64,000 nt of DNA, taken from assembly GCA_964016885.1 (NCBI GenBank), contig OZ024740.1, forward strand, positions 171,120,001 through 171,184,000, given 5' to 3'. Both the position numbers and the translations under genes were made by a program. The first letter of the stretch is position 1; every line of letters starts with the position of its first letter. Below are positions 27,057 through 41,108 of the stretch, piece after piece. The notes under the pieces were generated by a model. The model was not told the DNA's origin. It searched no databases and saw only the letters and a program-made list of their open reading frames with translations. The DNA is from Eledone cirrhosa. Taxonomy: Eukaryota.

Positions 27057-27935
27057 TAGGGCGGGTAAAATTCCCGACATCCATGGACGAGTACTCTCCA
27101 GCGGTCTCTGTTCCTCATTACCGCTGCCATGTCCAGCGTCTCCAAGAGACCAGTGTCTGTCCTTAGGGCATCAACATATGTTAACCTCGATCTTCCTCCT
27201 ACAGTGTGTCCATGCAAGGGCTCCCACAGGAGCACTGAGTGCAGTGTCAACTCTGGATGTCGGTGATCAAGTCCAGCTAACCTCAGTCTCCTCTTCTTCT
27301 CTCGAGCTGACTTTTGGGAGGCTCCCGTACAGCTCTGAGTTCTTCATCCTCAGTGTATACTGATTAATGTTCAGAGCCATCCTCAGCATTCTCGTGTAGC
27401 ACCCATCCACCATCTGAGTGAGTTTCTTGGTCAGTGTCCTAGTCTCAGACCCGTACAGCAGCACAGACTCCACTACAGCAACGAAGAGACGGATCTTCAG
27501 GTCTTTACGAAGGTCCGACTTCCACACTGATCTCAAACTGTGGCACGCCGCCCAGGCTTTTCTCTTCCTCTCGACCACATCATCTTCTGTATTCCCAATC
27601 TTTGCTCCCAAATACAGGAAGTCTTCAACCAATTCTAGCGGCTTCCCGCCTACATTAGTAATCTTCTCTGGCTTCTTAATATTCTCTACCAGATACTTCG
27701 TCTTAATCTCATTCATTCTCAGCCCCAGACTCATCGACACAGTCTCCACCTCCTGCATCAAATTCTCTGCCTCCTTCACTGTGTTTGTCACCAGAACTAT
27801 GTCGTTGGCAAATTAAGCATCCGATATCTTTTTCGCCTTAACTCTCCTGCTCTGAGCCGGTGTTACAGTAAAGCAAGCGTCCTGGTGTTTCTCCAACGCA
27901 AGGCGCATACAATAGTCCACTGCGATGATATATCT
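27055..27935 (-). mobile_element. 5'-truncated RTE-like LINE (RT C-terminal half)
   Basis: [52 protein letters not shown]; TA on both sides; homologous to 57745-58203. Confidence 0.85.
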
Positions 27936-27937
27936 GT

Positions 27938-27991
<54 letters not shown>

Positions 27992-28004
27992 TATATATAA
28001 CAAA

Positions 28005-28180
28005 TTTAATACAGAAATGGTTTTTACAGGACTAGAACATGTTCATTCGAGGGAAATCATCAGGAATGAAACAGTTCTAGTCTTGTAGAAGCCATTTCTA
28101 TATTAAATTTATTGTATACACTCTACTAATATATTCAGTACCTTACCTACTGTGGTTACCCCCGATTGAACCCGGGATAT
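28005..28180. mobile_element. Family A hammerhead mini-element, fold-back form
   Basis: Minus-strand HHR (28018-28066) abuts a + strand HHR 3' half; ends gtaccttacctactgtggttacccccgattgaacccgggata. Confidence 0.7.
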
Positions 28181-28397
28181 ATATATATAAATGAATAAAG
28201 TCCTTATTGTATAGCAAACCATGTCACTCTTCTTTCTTGATTTATTATTACTCCAAGAAATCACCGCGTACTCGCAGCATCACTATGGAAACGTCTTGTT
28301 GAGTCAAACTTAGCCAAACGTTAATACTTCCACTACTCGGAGTACCCTAACTGGACTACATCTAAGTGGACTACCTATAACAACAATTTGTTATCCC

Positions 28398-28463
<66 letters not shown>

Positions 28464-28467
<4 letters not shown>

Positions 28468-28650
28468 GAACGATCGACTTTCGTCAAATCGGACCGAGGA
28501 AACGATGTTTCCGTTGGTCTTTCCAATTGCTAATACTATCTATCGGTCGCAACTCCAGGTAGAAGGAGCAACGTGAAATAAAGTGTCTTGCTCAAGGACA
28601 TAACGCATTGCCCGGTTCGGGAATCGAACTCACGCCTCATGATTGCGAAT

Positions 28651-28687
<37 letters not shown>

Positions 28688-28831
28688 CGCAATCGTGAGC
28701 AACCTTGACAAGACACTTTATTTCACGTTGCTCCTTCTACCTGGAGTTGCGACCGATAGATAGTATTAGCAATTCGAAAGACCAACGGAAACATTGTTTC
28801 CTCGGTCCGATTTGACGAAAGTCGATCGTTC

Positions 28832-28835
<4 letters not shown>
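28464..28835. mobile_element. Two inverted copies of an S1-variant SINE around a (TA)n spacer
   Basis: 28464-28652 is the reverse complement of 28682-28835; both are homologous to 14825-15030. Confidence 0.85.
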
Positions 28836-28865
<30 letters not shown>

Positions 28866-28904
28866 CATATAGTTTATCGTTTTACATGGCTCGATACAAT
28901 AAAT

Positions 28905-29242
28905 GTAATCTGAGTTTTTAGAATATTAATAATAATATTCGATTCGTTTGCAATTATGCAAACAGCCTCTTTAAGCCACGTCAGTACAATGACTCCGTCA
29001 TTCTTGATCTTGTGTTGGCAGGTAAACAGAACTGCAGACACTATTTTCACTAGCTCTGACAGTTGGCAGGTAAGCAGTATAGTGTACTGATGAAGGGTAA
29101 TCACCCAGAAACATTAGTGTCTGCCGTTCTGTTTACATGCCAACACAAGAACAAGAATGACTCTACTGACATAGCTTAAAGAGGCTGTTTGCCTAATTAC
29201 AAACGAATCGAATATTATTATTAATATTCGAAAAACTCAGAT
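28905..29242. repeat. Fold-back element
   Basis: tctgagtttttagaatattaataataatattcgattcgtttgcaatt..cagcctctttaagc recurs inverted at 29170-29242. Confidence 0.8.
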
Positions 29243-29243
29243 G

Positions 29244-29278
<35 letters not shown>

Positions 29279-29768
29279 CACATATAGACTCATTGACGTC
29301 TGACTGCAATGATCATGTGTATGTTCAAGAGAGAGAAAGTGAAGGAGGGTAAGAAGTATATCGTGACATAGACACAAAGTGTGATGTGAAGTAAGGGAGT
29401 AAGAGAAATCAAGAAGTATGCTTAAAGCTGGAAATGATATTTGCTTTACGTCTCTTTCAACCGTCTTTTTCTGTTCTTTCCCATAGCTACTTCCACTCCC
29501 ATAGAACGTTCATTCTTTCTACATCACTATTTTATAAAACAAATTCCTGTTTCTTGAATAGATGATATTGGATTCTATTTTTTTTTTAATTCATTTTCTC
29601 TGGAATAGATCTTGATCTTTTTGCCAAACTTTATGATGATTCGTTGAGAAAAGGCAACTTTTAGTCACCACCTTTCTACTTAGAAAATTAATTTCTATAC
29701 ACTACCGAATAGTATTGAATGCTCATCCAGTTAATGTTTGTTTTAAATACTTGTACATATAAATATAA

Positions 29769-29803
<35 letters not shown>

Positions 29804-29807
29804 TATA

Positions 29808-30180
29808 ATTATTGAGTAAAATGAAAGGAGGTCGGACTGGTGAAATTCCTTCAAAGATTTAATATACCAAACACTGTGTACATTTCACTGGCTAAGTTCC
29901 GTAAAGATCCTGATGACATCATCAGGTGTTTATTGCATAATAGTTATATAATATAATAAAGGAATAACGGTAAACACAATCCAAGAGGCTAAAAAAAAAC
30001 ACAGAGAAAAATGGTTTTGACTCGAAGGCGATCAGGGCTAGTTCTTGTCAGTTTGGCTGACCACCTTCGAGCCTGGATCTTACGGAACTTGGCCACTGAA
30101 ATATACATAGTGTTTGCTATAATAAATCTTTGAAGGAATTTCACCAGTCCGACCTCATGTTATTTTACTCAATAATAATT
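29808..30180. repeat. Fold-back element
   Basis: 29808-29910 is the reverse complement of 30074-30178. Confidence 0.85.
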
Positions 30181-30397
30181 AACTCCGTTCTCGCACCACC
30201 AACAAGATTCAACATCGAAGATGGATGAGTTGCATAACGTCGAGTGCTTTTACTTATATTACATTATGGTTGACTATACGGAATGACGAGTTCTACTCAG
30301 TGGTGAACCACGAAACTTAAATATCAGTGAAATCATAAACAATAGAATACTTTCGGTTTTGGCATTCAAATACATTTATATATACATTATAGACACA

Positions 30398-30517
<120 letters not shown>

Positions 30518-30521
30518 TACA

Positions 30522-30584
<63 letters not shown>

Positions 30585-30589
30585 AAGCT

Positions 30590-31480
30590 AAACGAGACGT
30601 TAACAAAAGAAGAAAAGTATCCCTTCATCAGCTGTTTACTACAGATCATAGATGTTTCGGCGCTTACAACAGAATATCGATCTGTAGCGCGCTCATGGCC
30701 TTTTATCCATCAAAAGGCCATGAGGGAAAGAAGTGGTAGTGAAGAGAGAGGAAGAAGAAGAAAAGGAAAAGAAGAAAAAACGAAGTAAACATACCGATAT
30801 AAGTTGGAACACAGGACAATGGCACATGTATGTAAAGTTACCGAAGAGAAAGTGGAATAAGTTATAGTACGCTGATGGGTATAAGCCCGTTGGCGGTGAT
30901 AACAGCGGAGCAACGTTTTTCCATGGTGATCTCAGTAAAGTGAGGGTAGAGAGAGAAAGACGGAGGAAGCGTAAGTGAGTGGGGTGAGCAAGAGGGAAAG
31001 AGAGAGAGAGTGGGAGGAAAAGGGAAAGGGAGTTAATCCAAAAGGGTTTTACGATACATGTGACCAGGCCGAAAACGACCAAATTGATAGAGAGAGAGGG
31101 AGAGAGAGAGAGAGAGAAAAGGAGGGGAGAAAAGGAGGGAAAGAAAAGGAGGAAGTCGATCCAAAAGACAAATCGAGCAAGACAGGACCCATTGGCGTAC
31201 TATAACTTATTCCACTTTCTCTTCGATTACTTACATACATGTGCCATTGTCCTGTGTCCCAACTTATATCGGTATGTTTACTTCATTTTTTCCTCTTTTC
31301 CTTTTTTTCTTCTTCCTCTCTCTTCACTATCACTTCTTTCCATCGTGGTCTTTTGATGAATAAAAGGCCATGGGCGCGCTACAGATCGATGTTCTGTTTT
31401 AAGCACCGAAACATCTATGATCTGTAATAAACAGCTGATGAAGGGATACTTTTCTTCTCTTGTTTACGTCCCGTTTACCT
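30590..31480. repeat. Fold-back element with about 280-bp arms
   Basis: 30590-30875 is the reverse complement of 31190-31480. Confidence 0.85.
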
Positions 31481-31680
31481 TCCCATTTACCTTCCAAACC
31501 TTCGATTTCAGTAACTACACACCTGTAATTATATATGTATATATATATATATATATATACATATATACACACACATACCATGTATGAATGTATGTAAAAG
31601 GTAAACAGAAATAACAAACCCAAACGACACAGTACATGAAGACATATATTAGTTTAACCCTTGAAATAGCAGGAAGAGAC

Positions 31681-31716
31681 TTTTAACGTTTCGAACAATA
31701 GTCCTTCATCAGAAGA
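31681..31716 (-). ncRNA. Minimal type I hammerhead ribozyme, family D
   Basis: Minus strand tt-CTGATGA-a-ggac-tatt-gttc-GAAA-cg-TT-aa; flanks homologous to 63245-63365. Confidence 0.6.
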
Positions 31717-31825
31717 CAGAGTTATAAATAGAAGATAGATAGAGAGTAAAGGATGATAAGAGGAAGAACGGGGAAAAACGATGGAAAAGATGAGGGAGAA
31801 AAGAACACACACACGTATTCAGCCG

Positions 31826-31857
<32 letters not shown>

Positions 31858-32897
31858 CGAAGGTTGTTAATTAATTCATTATTTTACGATCGTTTCAGAG
31901 GGTTGATTGATCATAGTAGATCGATATATCGACTAGCAGGTAGTGGATATGTCGCTACCTGTTTCTAGTTTTGAAATACCTGCTTCATCACACCGTCGTC
32001 TTCGTATGTTTGCATAAATATATCAGTGAATCGAAGTGATGAAGGAAACATTTGAAACGGAACCCATTGTCAATGATATTGGTGTGACTTAGGTAGAGCA
32101 CAACACTATAAATTCAGCTTATTAATTTACATGAATGTGTAATGGTTATAGCAACAGCAACGTACTTATGAAGCCTTTACATGGTCGCTGAACTCACTAG
32201 AAATAGTAACCAAAGCTTCGTTCTTTTTAACGTTTGTTGTGAAGCTCGTGTTGTTTATATAAGAATTCGAATTAGAAAAGACAATTCTTTGACTGACTGT
32301 TATAATTATTAGTGTTAACTTGTTTTTGTAATGTTGAAATATACTAGAAATCGAAGTTAATATCTTTCACTCTGTCCACACTCTATTGTCCTTAAAAAGA
32401 AGAAAACATTGTATGATGAATTAGTTTTAATATAAATACAGAATGTAATCCATCATAAAATTGATTTCTTGATATCTTTGTGTAAATATAAACATTGTAC
32501 AAAATAATTTTTATAGACTGGTAATATATGGATACATATGTTTGATGAGGAATTAAAAATATGAATGAAAGTTACATAATGAAACATCAAATTATTCATT
32601 CAAAATATCAAAACGAACTCCTTGACCACACAGCCAATCATAAAATAATTGTTTCTAATTAAGGCACGAGGCTAGAAAATGAGGGGAAGGGTTAGTAAGC
32701 TGAATTGATCTCAGTACATAACTGATATTATTTTATCATTCGAAAGAATCGCTAGATACATTTTACGGACAAAGTCAACCAACAGATGGTTGGATATTGA
32801 CCATGAACTCGGTCGGTCTCGATTGATTCTGCGAGGACCCTCTGGAACACATGTCTGGGGACTCTACCGCTCACGACCTTCTCAAGAAGAAGAAGAA

Positions 32898-32898
<1 letters not shown>

Positions 32899-32947
<49 letters not shown>

Positions 32948-32965
32948 GCAACAACAACAACAACA
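32899..32965. repeat. (CAA)n microsatellite
   Basis: Directly visible. Confidence 0.95.
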
Positions 32966-33019
32966 GGGAGAGGAGGTAAATTTTGAAATCATGGAATTAA
33001 TCAAACAAATGTAATTTTA

Positions 33020-33275
33020 CAGTGTGGTTTTGGGGAAGACTAGCAGTCACACATACCAGTTTCCCCTCTCCACGACACCGATGTTGACCAAAAGAAAGTC
33101 ATAAGCCGAGACATCTTGGCACCAGTAGCGTCAGAACTCATTTCTACAACTGAGTTATCTGGAGGAACGTGAAATGAAATGTCTTGCTCACGAACACAAC
33201 GCATCACCTGGTTCGAGAACCGAACTCACAGTCCACGATTATGAAACCAACTCTTCAACCACTAAGCCACATACT
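33020..33275 (-). mobile_element. Degenerate SINE family S1
   Basis: Homologous to 4620-4875. Confidence 0.7.
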
Positions 33276-33329
33276 TTCGCACACACACACAAACACACAC
33301 ATATCATACACACACACACACATATCTAT

Positions 33330-33366
<37 letters not shown>

Positions 33367-33374
33367 ATATAATA

Positions 33375-33716
33375 TAATTGTTTCTACTTTTGGCACAAGG
33401 CTAGCAATCATCCCAGTGCATTACTGTGCATTACTGGTACTTTATTTTATCGACCCCGTAAGGATGAAAGGCAAAGTTAACCTCGGCGGGATTTGAACTC
33501 AGATCGTAAAGGCCCGTAACTCCATGCTGCAAACCATGGCGTCCGACCCTCTACCGATACTGCCAATCCACCGCCCTTTCTATATGTATATATAATATAA
33601 TAATATATCTTTATCGTCGAGGTTAACTTTTCCTTTCAATCTTACGGGGTCGATAAAATAAAGTACCAGTAATGCACTGGGTATTTGCTGGCCTTGTGCC
33701 AAAAGTAGAAACAGTT
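33375..33716. mobile_element. SINE S2 (minus, 33375-33576) with an inverted partial copy (plus, 33614-33716)
   Basis: Reverse-complement match visible. Confidence 0.85.
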
Positions 33717-33839
33717 ATATCTAATATCTAATATATTATTATATTTACACTCAGTCTAGCTCTACACCTCGCTACAGACGTGAATCTAACCATCGAGTGC
33801 TCACCTGGGTGAACCTACAGTAACTTCGTTACACTCCCT

Positions 33840-34654
<815 letters not shown>

Positions 34655-34779
34655 GAGATTGGAAATAGCACTGAAAATATATTTAAGCGTCTGGGTTTTT
34701 TTTTTCTTTCATTCGTCAAAGTGGCAATATTGCAAAGATGAGAGGGACAATTCTTTTTAAAAAAAACTTTTATAATATA

Positions 34780-35685
34780 CTAGCAGTGGTACCCGGCGTT
34801 GCACGGGATAAGGTATTTTGGAACATGGGCTGCCAACAGACCTAATCGTGGAAAAACTGCATGCCTGGACAATATGTAAAGAAAATAAACCGAATACTCT
34901 GGATAATCTTTAAGATTTTCCTCCATGAAGCAGGGAAAATGCAGGTTTTATGTGCATAATATGCCTTGAAATTTCGGGGAAATCGGCTAGACGTAACGCC
35001 TCAAAAAAGTTTTTCACCTAAAGCAGGCCCTAGGCCATAAAAAAAGTTGGATTTTTTTTGCTCACGTTATGAAGAATAGACTAATACATAGTTACAATTT
35101 CAAGGAAATCGGTTTGACGTAAAGCCTCAAAAAACCCCTAAAAACCAGAAAAACGAAGTTTTTCACCTAGGGGATCAAAAAGTTGAGTTTTATGTGCATA
35201 ACACTCCCTGAAACATAAGTAATATACATGTAAAGTTTGAAAAAAGTCGGTTGGATACTTCTCGAGTTTTATGGATTCAAGCTCACAGACACATACACAC
35301 ACACACACACACATACACACACACTCACACACACACACACACACATACATCCTCAGGGAAGTGACGTAATACAGACAGCCAGACATACAGACAGATATTA
35401 TCCTTCTGGACACAGAGGGAATTGTGGGAAGTGACGTAATGCAGACAGATATTATAAGGGCGCGACGTTATATGTATCTATCTAAAAAGAGAAAGACTAA
35501 GAATTATAAAGAGAGATCGCTAAATCGCCTAATGCGGTCCCTAGGGCATTGAAAATTTGAATTTCTTTTTCTCCGAATACTTCCTGATACATAAGTATTA
35601 CATGTGTAAAGTTTGAAAACAGTCGGTTGGGTGCTTCTCGAGTTTAGGGATTCAAACTCACACACACACTCAGACAGACATCCTC

Positions 35686-35700
<15 letters not shown>
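34780..35700 (-). mobile_element. Non-autonomous Helitron-like element
   Basis: Minus-strand 3' hairpin cccgtgcaacgccggg followed by CTAG|T; 5' tatatataaaacagaggatgtctgtctg; internal repeated units. Confidence 0.7.
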
Positions 35701-35721
<21 letters not shown>

Positions 35722-35729
<8 letters not shown>

Positions 35730-36510
35730 TCAGCGAGAATCGTATTTCGGCAGGTAGAAATAAGCGAAACGCAATTTCCGAGTTGTGTTGGCAAGCGCTC
35801 CATGGGCCAAAAGAGACCAGAGCAATAAACATATGTTATAAAGGCCATAAAAACTGAGACGGCGGTTAAGAAGCTACCAACCACCTAAAAAACGAAGCAA
35901 GCTAAACGGGTCAAACAAAATAAATTAAATATTTACCCGGACCCCAGGAAATGATGGTATAATCCAATACAGGGTTGCAGCGACACCTAAATCAATAATA
36001 CTGTCTGCTTTAAAAAAAATAAGCTTATGGTATAATGATCGAACAAAGTTATCGCTTTTTCAACAGGTATTTTTTCTGTGCCAGCGTTTTGAATCTCACA
36101 GTGTTTTGAAAGCACATGTGTAACTCTACGGTGGAGAAAACCCCAAATTTTGGCAAATGAATTCAGTATGTATAAATGCAAAAATTGCAAAATCAACACA
36201 AATCGAATTAAGCTCTCGACCGGGTAGTTTTTAAAATAAACTTAAGAAATTAATCAGTCAATAGAATTATCTAAAGAAAATTAACTAGTTAATTGTTAGA
36301 CTCGGGAGATTAATACAAATATAAATTCAGCGAGAATCGTATTTCGGCAGGTAGAAATAAGCGAAACGCAATTTCCGAGTTGTGTTGGCAAGCGCTCCAT
36401 GGACCAAAAGAGACCAGAGCAATAAACATATGTTATAAAGGCCATAAAAACTGAGACGGCGGTTAAGAAGCTACCAACCACCTAAGCCCAAAATAAACGA
36501 AGCAAGCTAA
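35722..36510. repeat. About 165-190-bp direct repeats (35722-35905 / 36320-36510) around a roughly 400-bp core
   Basis: ataaattcagcgagaatcgtatttcggcagg..aagctaccaaccacctaa occurs twice, nearly identical; TA-flanked. Confidence 0.9.
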
Positions 36511-36738
36511 ATATATATATATATTAGCGGTCTTCGCCTCAGTTTGTACTGTGCTCAAATCTATTCATAAGGTACCTATTTGCATCTATCAAAATGCCCA
36601 TTTTCCTTAAAATAAAAGATGTTGAAAGGTATTTAAATATTGCATAACATATTTTTTTAAAGCTTATTTAGAATATCTAAATATAGAATGTAATAAAGAA
36701 AATAACTAAAAAATGTATTCTATGAAAATTATAAAACA

Positions 36739-37277
36739 CTAGTCGTAGCCCGGTTTTCCTTAGAAGACACAGAAACACGCACACACTCGCTTTCACACGT
36801 GTTGACAGACTTGCATTTAAAATTGCCCACGTATTCCAGTGACAACACTCTCTACCTATCTATGTATCTTTCACACACACACACACTCTCTCTCTCTCAC
36901 TCTTTCACTCTCTCTCTCTCTGGCTCTCTCACTGCATTTCTGTCTCAACAACAACCTGTTGTTTTTCTTCTTGGATCAAATTTTAATTCTATCAATCTTT
37001 CTCTCTCTCTCTCTCCCGCTCTCTTTCTCAATAACAACATTATAGTGAAAGTCTTAGTGAAGTCTGTGTTACGTTGTCTATATGTTGATGGACATTCATA
37101 AAAACACACACACAGAAATACAGACACTAACAATAACTCCGTATTTTCGCTTGTTCTGACGTTATATTTTAGTTAGAAAAAGGGGGAGGTGGAGTGAGAG
37201 GGGAGTAATATTTCCCTCCCTCTATATAGAGAGCGTGATACACGGACTGACAGGACACGGTTCTCATAGTATAGATT
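36739..37277 (-). mobile_element. Possible second non-autonomous Helitron
   Basis: Minus strand A|TCTATACTATGAG start at about 37276 and CTAG|T end at about 36739. Confidence 0.45.
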
Positions 37278-37289
37278 TACAGCACTTCA

Positions 37290-38183
37290 GTATATACAAT
37301 GTTCTTAACTTTTTTCTTTAGAGCATATATGAAAGGTTTGTGGAGGTTCAGTCACAAACATGCGCCCCATTGCACAATCTTGGCTGATCCGGGATTCTGA
37401 GAAGCATCATGACTGCGTCCTTCTTCAATTCAAGTTTGTGTGGCGGCATACCGGACGGTTTCAGACTTTTGAGAAATTCAACAGGATGATGAACAGCTGC
37501 TGCCTCATCGACAGCTTTTTTCAACAGATTTATAGGTCTGGCTACCCCCAAGGATGATTTGTGAGAGATTTTTGTTAATTGCATTCACTGTGATGTTTTG
37601 GGAGGCAAGGATTGCTCCACTCCTCGCTGGGATTGATGGATTTTGAAATTGGGGAACACTTGATTAATTAAGTTATCAGCGCTTTTCACAACAGTACAAA
37701 GGGATGAAGGATAAAAACATCCTTCAGAATCAAGGGATATTGTGCTTTGCACCGAATTTCAGAGGCTTTCGAGCAAACTCTGCAAAAATGTTGTCACCGT
37801 AAGGTTGTGCCTACATGTTGGTTATTAAATTGAATGATACCTGGTTATATAGTTGACGATTTTAGGCAAGCTCAAATTTGATCGGCGCGATTCCCCTTTG
37901 ATATCACATGCACAGTTTGTAGGAAGTCCCTTGATAAAGCATCAGTGATTCCGCCCATGATTGTTGTGCTGTTCCGAATATTTTTCAGTGTTCTATCCAT
38001 GGTCTCCAGTGCGCGCATGTGCGCCATTGTGCATTCATCCAAAAATGCCACACATTTTTGCAATACTTGGGCAGCTTTTGATTCCTTCTTCATATAACAC
38101 ATGGACATTTCATTCAAACTGAGGTCCAAGTCCAATTTGAAAGCAGAATAATCTGTCTGACCTTCCAGATGAAGCAGCCACAA
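37290..38183 (-). pseudogene. Helitron PIF1-type helicase fragment, degenerate
   Basis: SAFKL, DECTMAH..LETMDRTL..MGG..DFLQT, RADQI, PVEFLKSL.PSGMPPHKLELK..MLLR..RLCNG. Confidence 0.85.
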
Positions 38184-38258
38184 AAGCTATCTCCCTCTAT
38201 GTGTCTCTATCTATCTGTCTTTATGTATCCCATTATCTCTTTCTCATACCCCCCTCTC

Positions 38259-38297
<39 letters not shown>

Positions 38298-38396
38298 TAC
38301 TCTCTATGTCATTTTATCTCTTTTTCTCTATGTCTATAAATGTGTCTATCACTCTGTCTGTGTATATATACCGTATATATATATACATATATACAT

Positions 38397-38477
<81 letters not shown>

Positions 38478-38534
38478 ATTGTTTTCACCACTCCAAATAA
38501 TGACGTATTATATTCGTTTTTTTTTTCGTTCTTT

Positions 38535-38703
38535 GCCAGGAAACGTTTCCACGAACCAAAGTATCGTCTTCCTGTCTTCCTCCGGTTGCAACGTTTTTTG
38601 AAATATTTACTTCTGCGTTCACAGATTGACTTTTTTAGTTTCAGAAGATCCCGTTAAGAGTGAAAGCAGCGATTCTTTGCTTAAACTTTAATCTGCTATT
38701 TTA

Positions 38704-38710
<7 letters not shown>
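38535..38710. repeat. Family B arm with degenerate minus-strand hammerhead-like core
   Basis: Homologous to 19088-19240. Confidence 0.75.
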
Positions 38711-38761
<51 letters not shown>

Positions 38762-39027
38762 TAGTGAGATATAGATAGAGAGAAATTATAAGAATGTATA
38801 CACCAACAAGAGTACCTGCCACAGAATTACTGTGCTAGAAAAAGCAGTAAAAATCTCCCCTATGCCGCCACCCTTATTCCCAATTCCGTTATCGGAGAAA
38901 ATGTCGATGGCGAGCATGTTGGAGGTCAGATTAGTAAACATACAAGAAACCTTAATTATTACTAATTTTATTTAGCGTTATTAGCAGTCGACGTACAAAC
39001 ATCCTTTTTATGGGAATTATATATATA

Positions 39028-39128
39028 CAGGGTGTCCCCCAAAAATGTATACACTCTTCTACAGCATTCTAATAAATATTGCCTGCACCGGTAATCAAAG
39101 TGTGTATACATTTTCGTGGGACACCCTG
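39028..39128. mobile_element. 101-bp Tc1/mariner-type MITE
   Basis: TA|CAGGGTGTCCC..AAAATGTATACAC and GTGTATACATTTT..GGGACACCCTG|TA; TIRs with TA TSD. Confidence 0.85.
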
Positions 39129-39159
39129 TATGTATGTATATATATATATATATATATTA

Positions 39160-39330
39160 ATTAGTTTCAGAAGATCCCTTTAAGGGTGAAAGCAGCGATT
39201 CTTTGCTTAAGCTTTAATCTGTTATTTTAATAAATATTTGCTCTATGGTTTTTATATATTTGATATATATATATATCATCCTTATCGAGCCCTCTTCTGA
39301 TTTTAGTCTTCACGTTTATTATTATTACTA
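39160..39330. repeat. Family B arm
   Basis: Homologous to 19165-19335. Confidence 0.8.
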
Positions 39331-39455
39331 TATATATATATATACATATATATACATATATATACACATATATATATATACATATATATATATATACATA
39401 TATATATACATATATACATATACATATATATATATACATATACATATATATATAC

Positions 39456-39492
<37 letters not shown>

Positions 39493-39774
39493 CATACATA
39501 TATATACACATATATATATGTATAAATATTTTTTTTTAATTTATTTATTGATAGCTTAGTATTTTCTTAACGATTAAGGTATAGGGTCAGACGCCATGCT
39601 GAGGAGCATAGAATTAAGGCCCTTTGTGGTATGAGTTCAAATCACACCGAGGTTAACTTTGCCTACTGTGTCCATCGTTTGTATATTTTATTTTATAATT
39701 TTGTAAGGTTTCCCCTTAAAAAATTGCTTTTCGTTCGATGTCTTTTTAATTTTCCTAATCATATATATATATAT

Positions 39775-40133
39775 ATATAAAGAATGAATAATAACAGGTA
39801 GACATCATAAAAAGGTCATTTATTCCGTGTGCTTACAAATGTTTCCACGGTGGTACTACAGCCTAGTTATGCTATGTGCAAATTTACAACTATTTGCAGA
39901 ACTCAAATATCCAATGTTGTGACCACTGTATCCTCAGAGCAGAATGGTTAAAATGTTAACCATTCTGCTCTGAGGATACAGTGGTCACAGCATTGGATAT
40001 TTGAGTTCTGCAAATAGTTGTAAATTTGCACATAGCATAACTAAGCTGTAGTGCCACCGTGGAAACATTTGTAAGCACACGGAATAAATGACCTTTTTAT
40101 GATGTCTACCTGTTATTATTCATTCTTTATATA
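39775..40133. repeat. Near-perfect palindrome, about 180-bp arms
   Basis: Arms meet at ..gcagaatggttaa-aatg-ttaaccattctgc.. Confidence 0.95.
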
Positions 40134-40270
40134 CACTCCGGAATACAGAAGGATCAGGAACTAAGTTTCTTCAACAATTCTTCCATAACTCGTAGAGTAA
40201 CCTCTCACCGTACATCAACCATATCCAGTGTAGTAATTAACCATTACTACATCTAGGATAATCCTATACC

Positions 40271-40312
<42 letters not shown>

Positions 40313-40500
40313 GATCTATTAATGATCGAACCTGACTCTGCAATCGGAAGCTCCTCAGATATGCTTTAAGATGTAGACTCGCGAGTCCTCGAGCTGATCG
40401 ACAGTGAAACATATGTAATATGTAATTAAATATGTATATGGTGCAACACTGATTCTCTGTTCCCTTATATATTAATATTATTGATACTCTGCTCCCTAAG

Positions 40501-40655
40501 AGAATCGAATCGAGTGCTCATTCGGCATACAGCCTATGGACGCAAATAATTTGCGCCTTCTTAATACATGTTTGTGGGACCATTGGTGTTTCGGGTCCAG
40601 TTATGGCCACCACTATATAGTGGAGGAGGCTCTCCCAACCAAGCCCATCGTCAGT
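40501..40655 (+). CDS. Candidate internal exon of host gene (xNRIECSFGIQPMDANNLRLLNTCLWDHWCFGSSYGHHYIVEEALPTKPIVS)
   Basis: Unique, higher-GC island; ctccctaAG acceptor, GTAAGA donor, open frame ending in phase 0. Confidence 0.4.
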
Positions 40656-41108
40656 GTAAGAAACGTTATTTATACTGAATAAGCTCTCCTGCAATAGATT
40701 TAACATTGTTTTCCTGGACCTTTTATCTACGCATATCCTACATATATATATCCATGTATATATAACAATATTTCTACATTACCGTATAACTTTAGATAAA
40801 CGAAATTCACATACATATATGTACACAGCTATATTGAAGTTAAATTTTAGATTTTCTACAATTCTGCCATGTTCTCTATCTATCTATCTGTCTGTCTATC
40901 TCCGGATGGTATAGACGTTCTTCACATCGGCTCCTCAAGTATTGGAGATATTACGTGTTAACAGTAAGTGTTTGTCTGTATTCTTGCGTTATTGTGTTAA
41001 TTAACCCCCTTGCCTGGGTCTTCGGACATTAGGGTTAATTTATTTCACCCCTTTTGGGGTGAAATTTTTCATCCTAAAAATCTTGTAATTGTCTCTACGT
41101 TAGTGGTA

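Noticed and set aside
32790-33014. Poly-Q ORF
   Set aside because: (CAA)n microsatellite between SINE remnants, with no supporting splice or homology evidence.
40915-40963. Possible exon ending at GTAAGT (40964)
   Set aside because: Lies in the presumed Tx1 5'UTR and has a weak acceptor.
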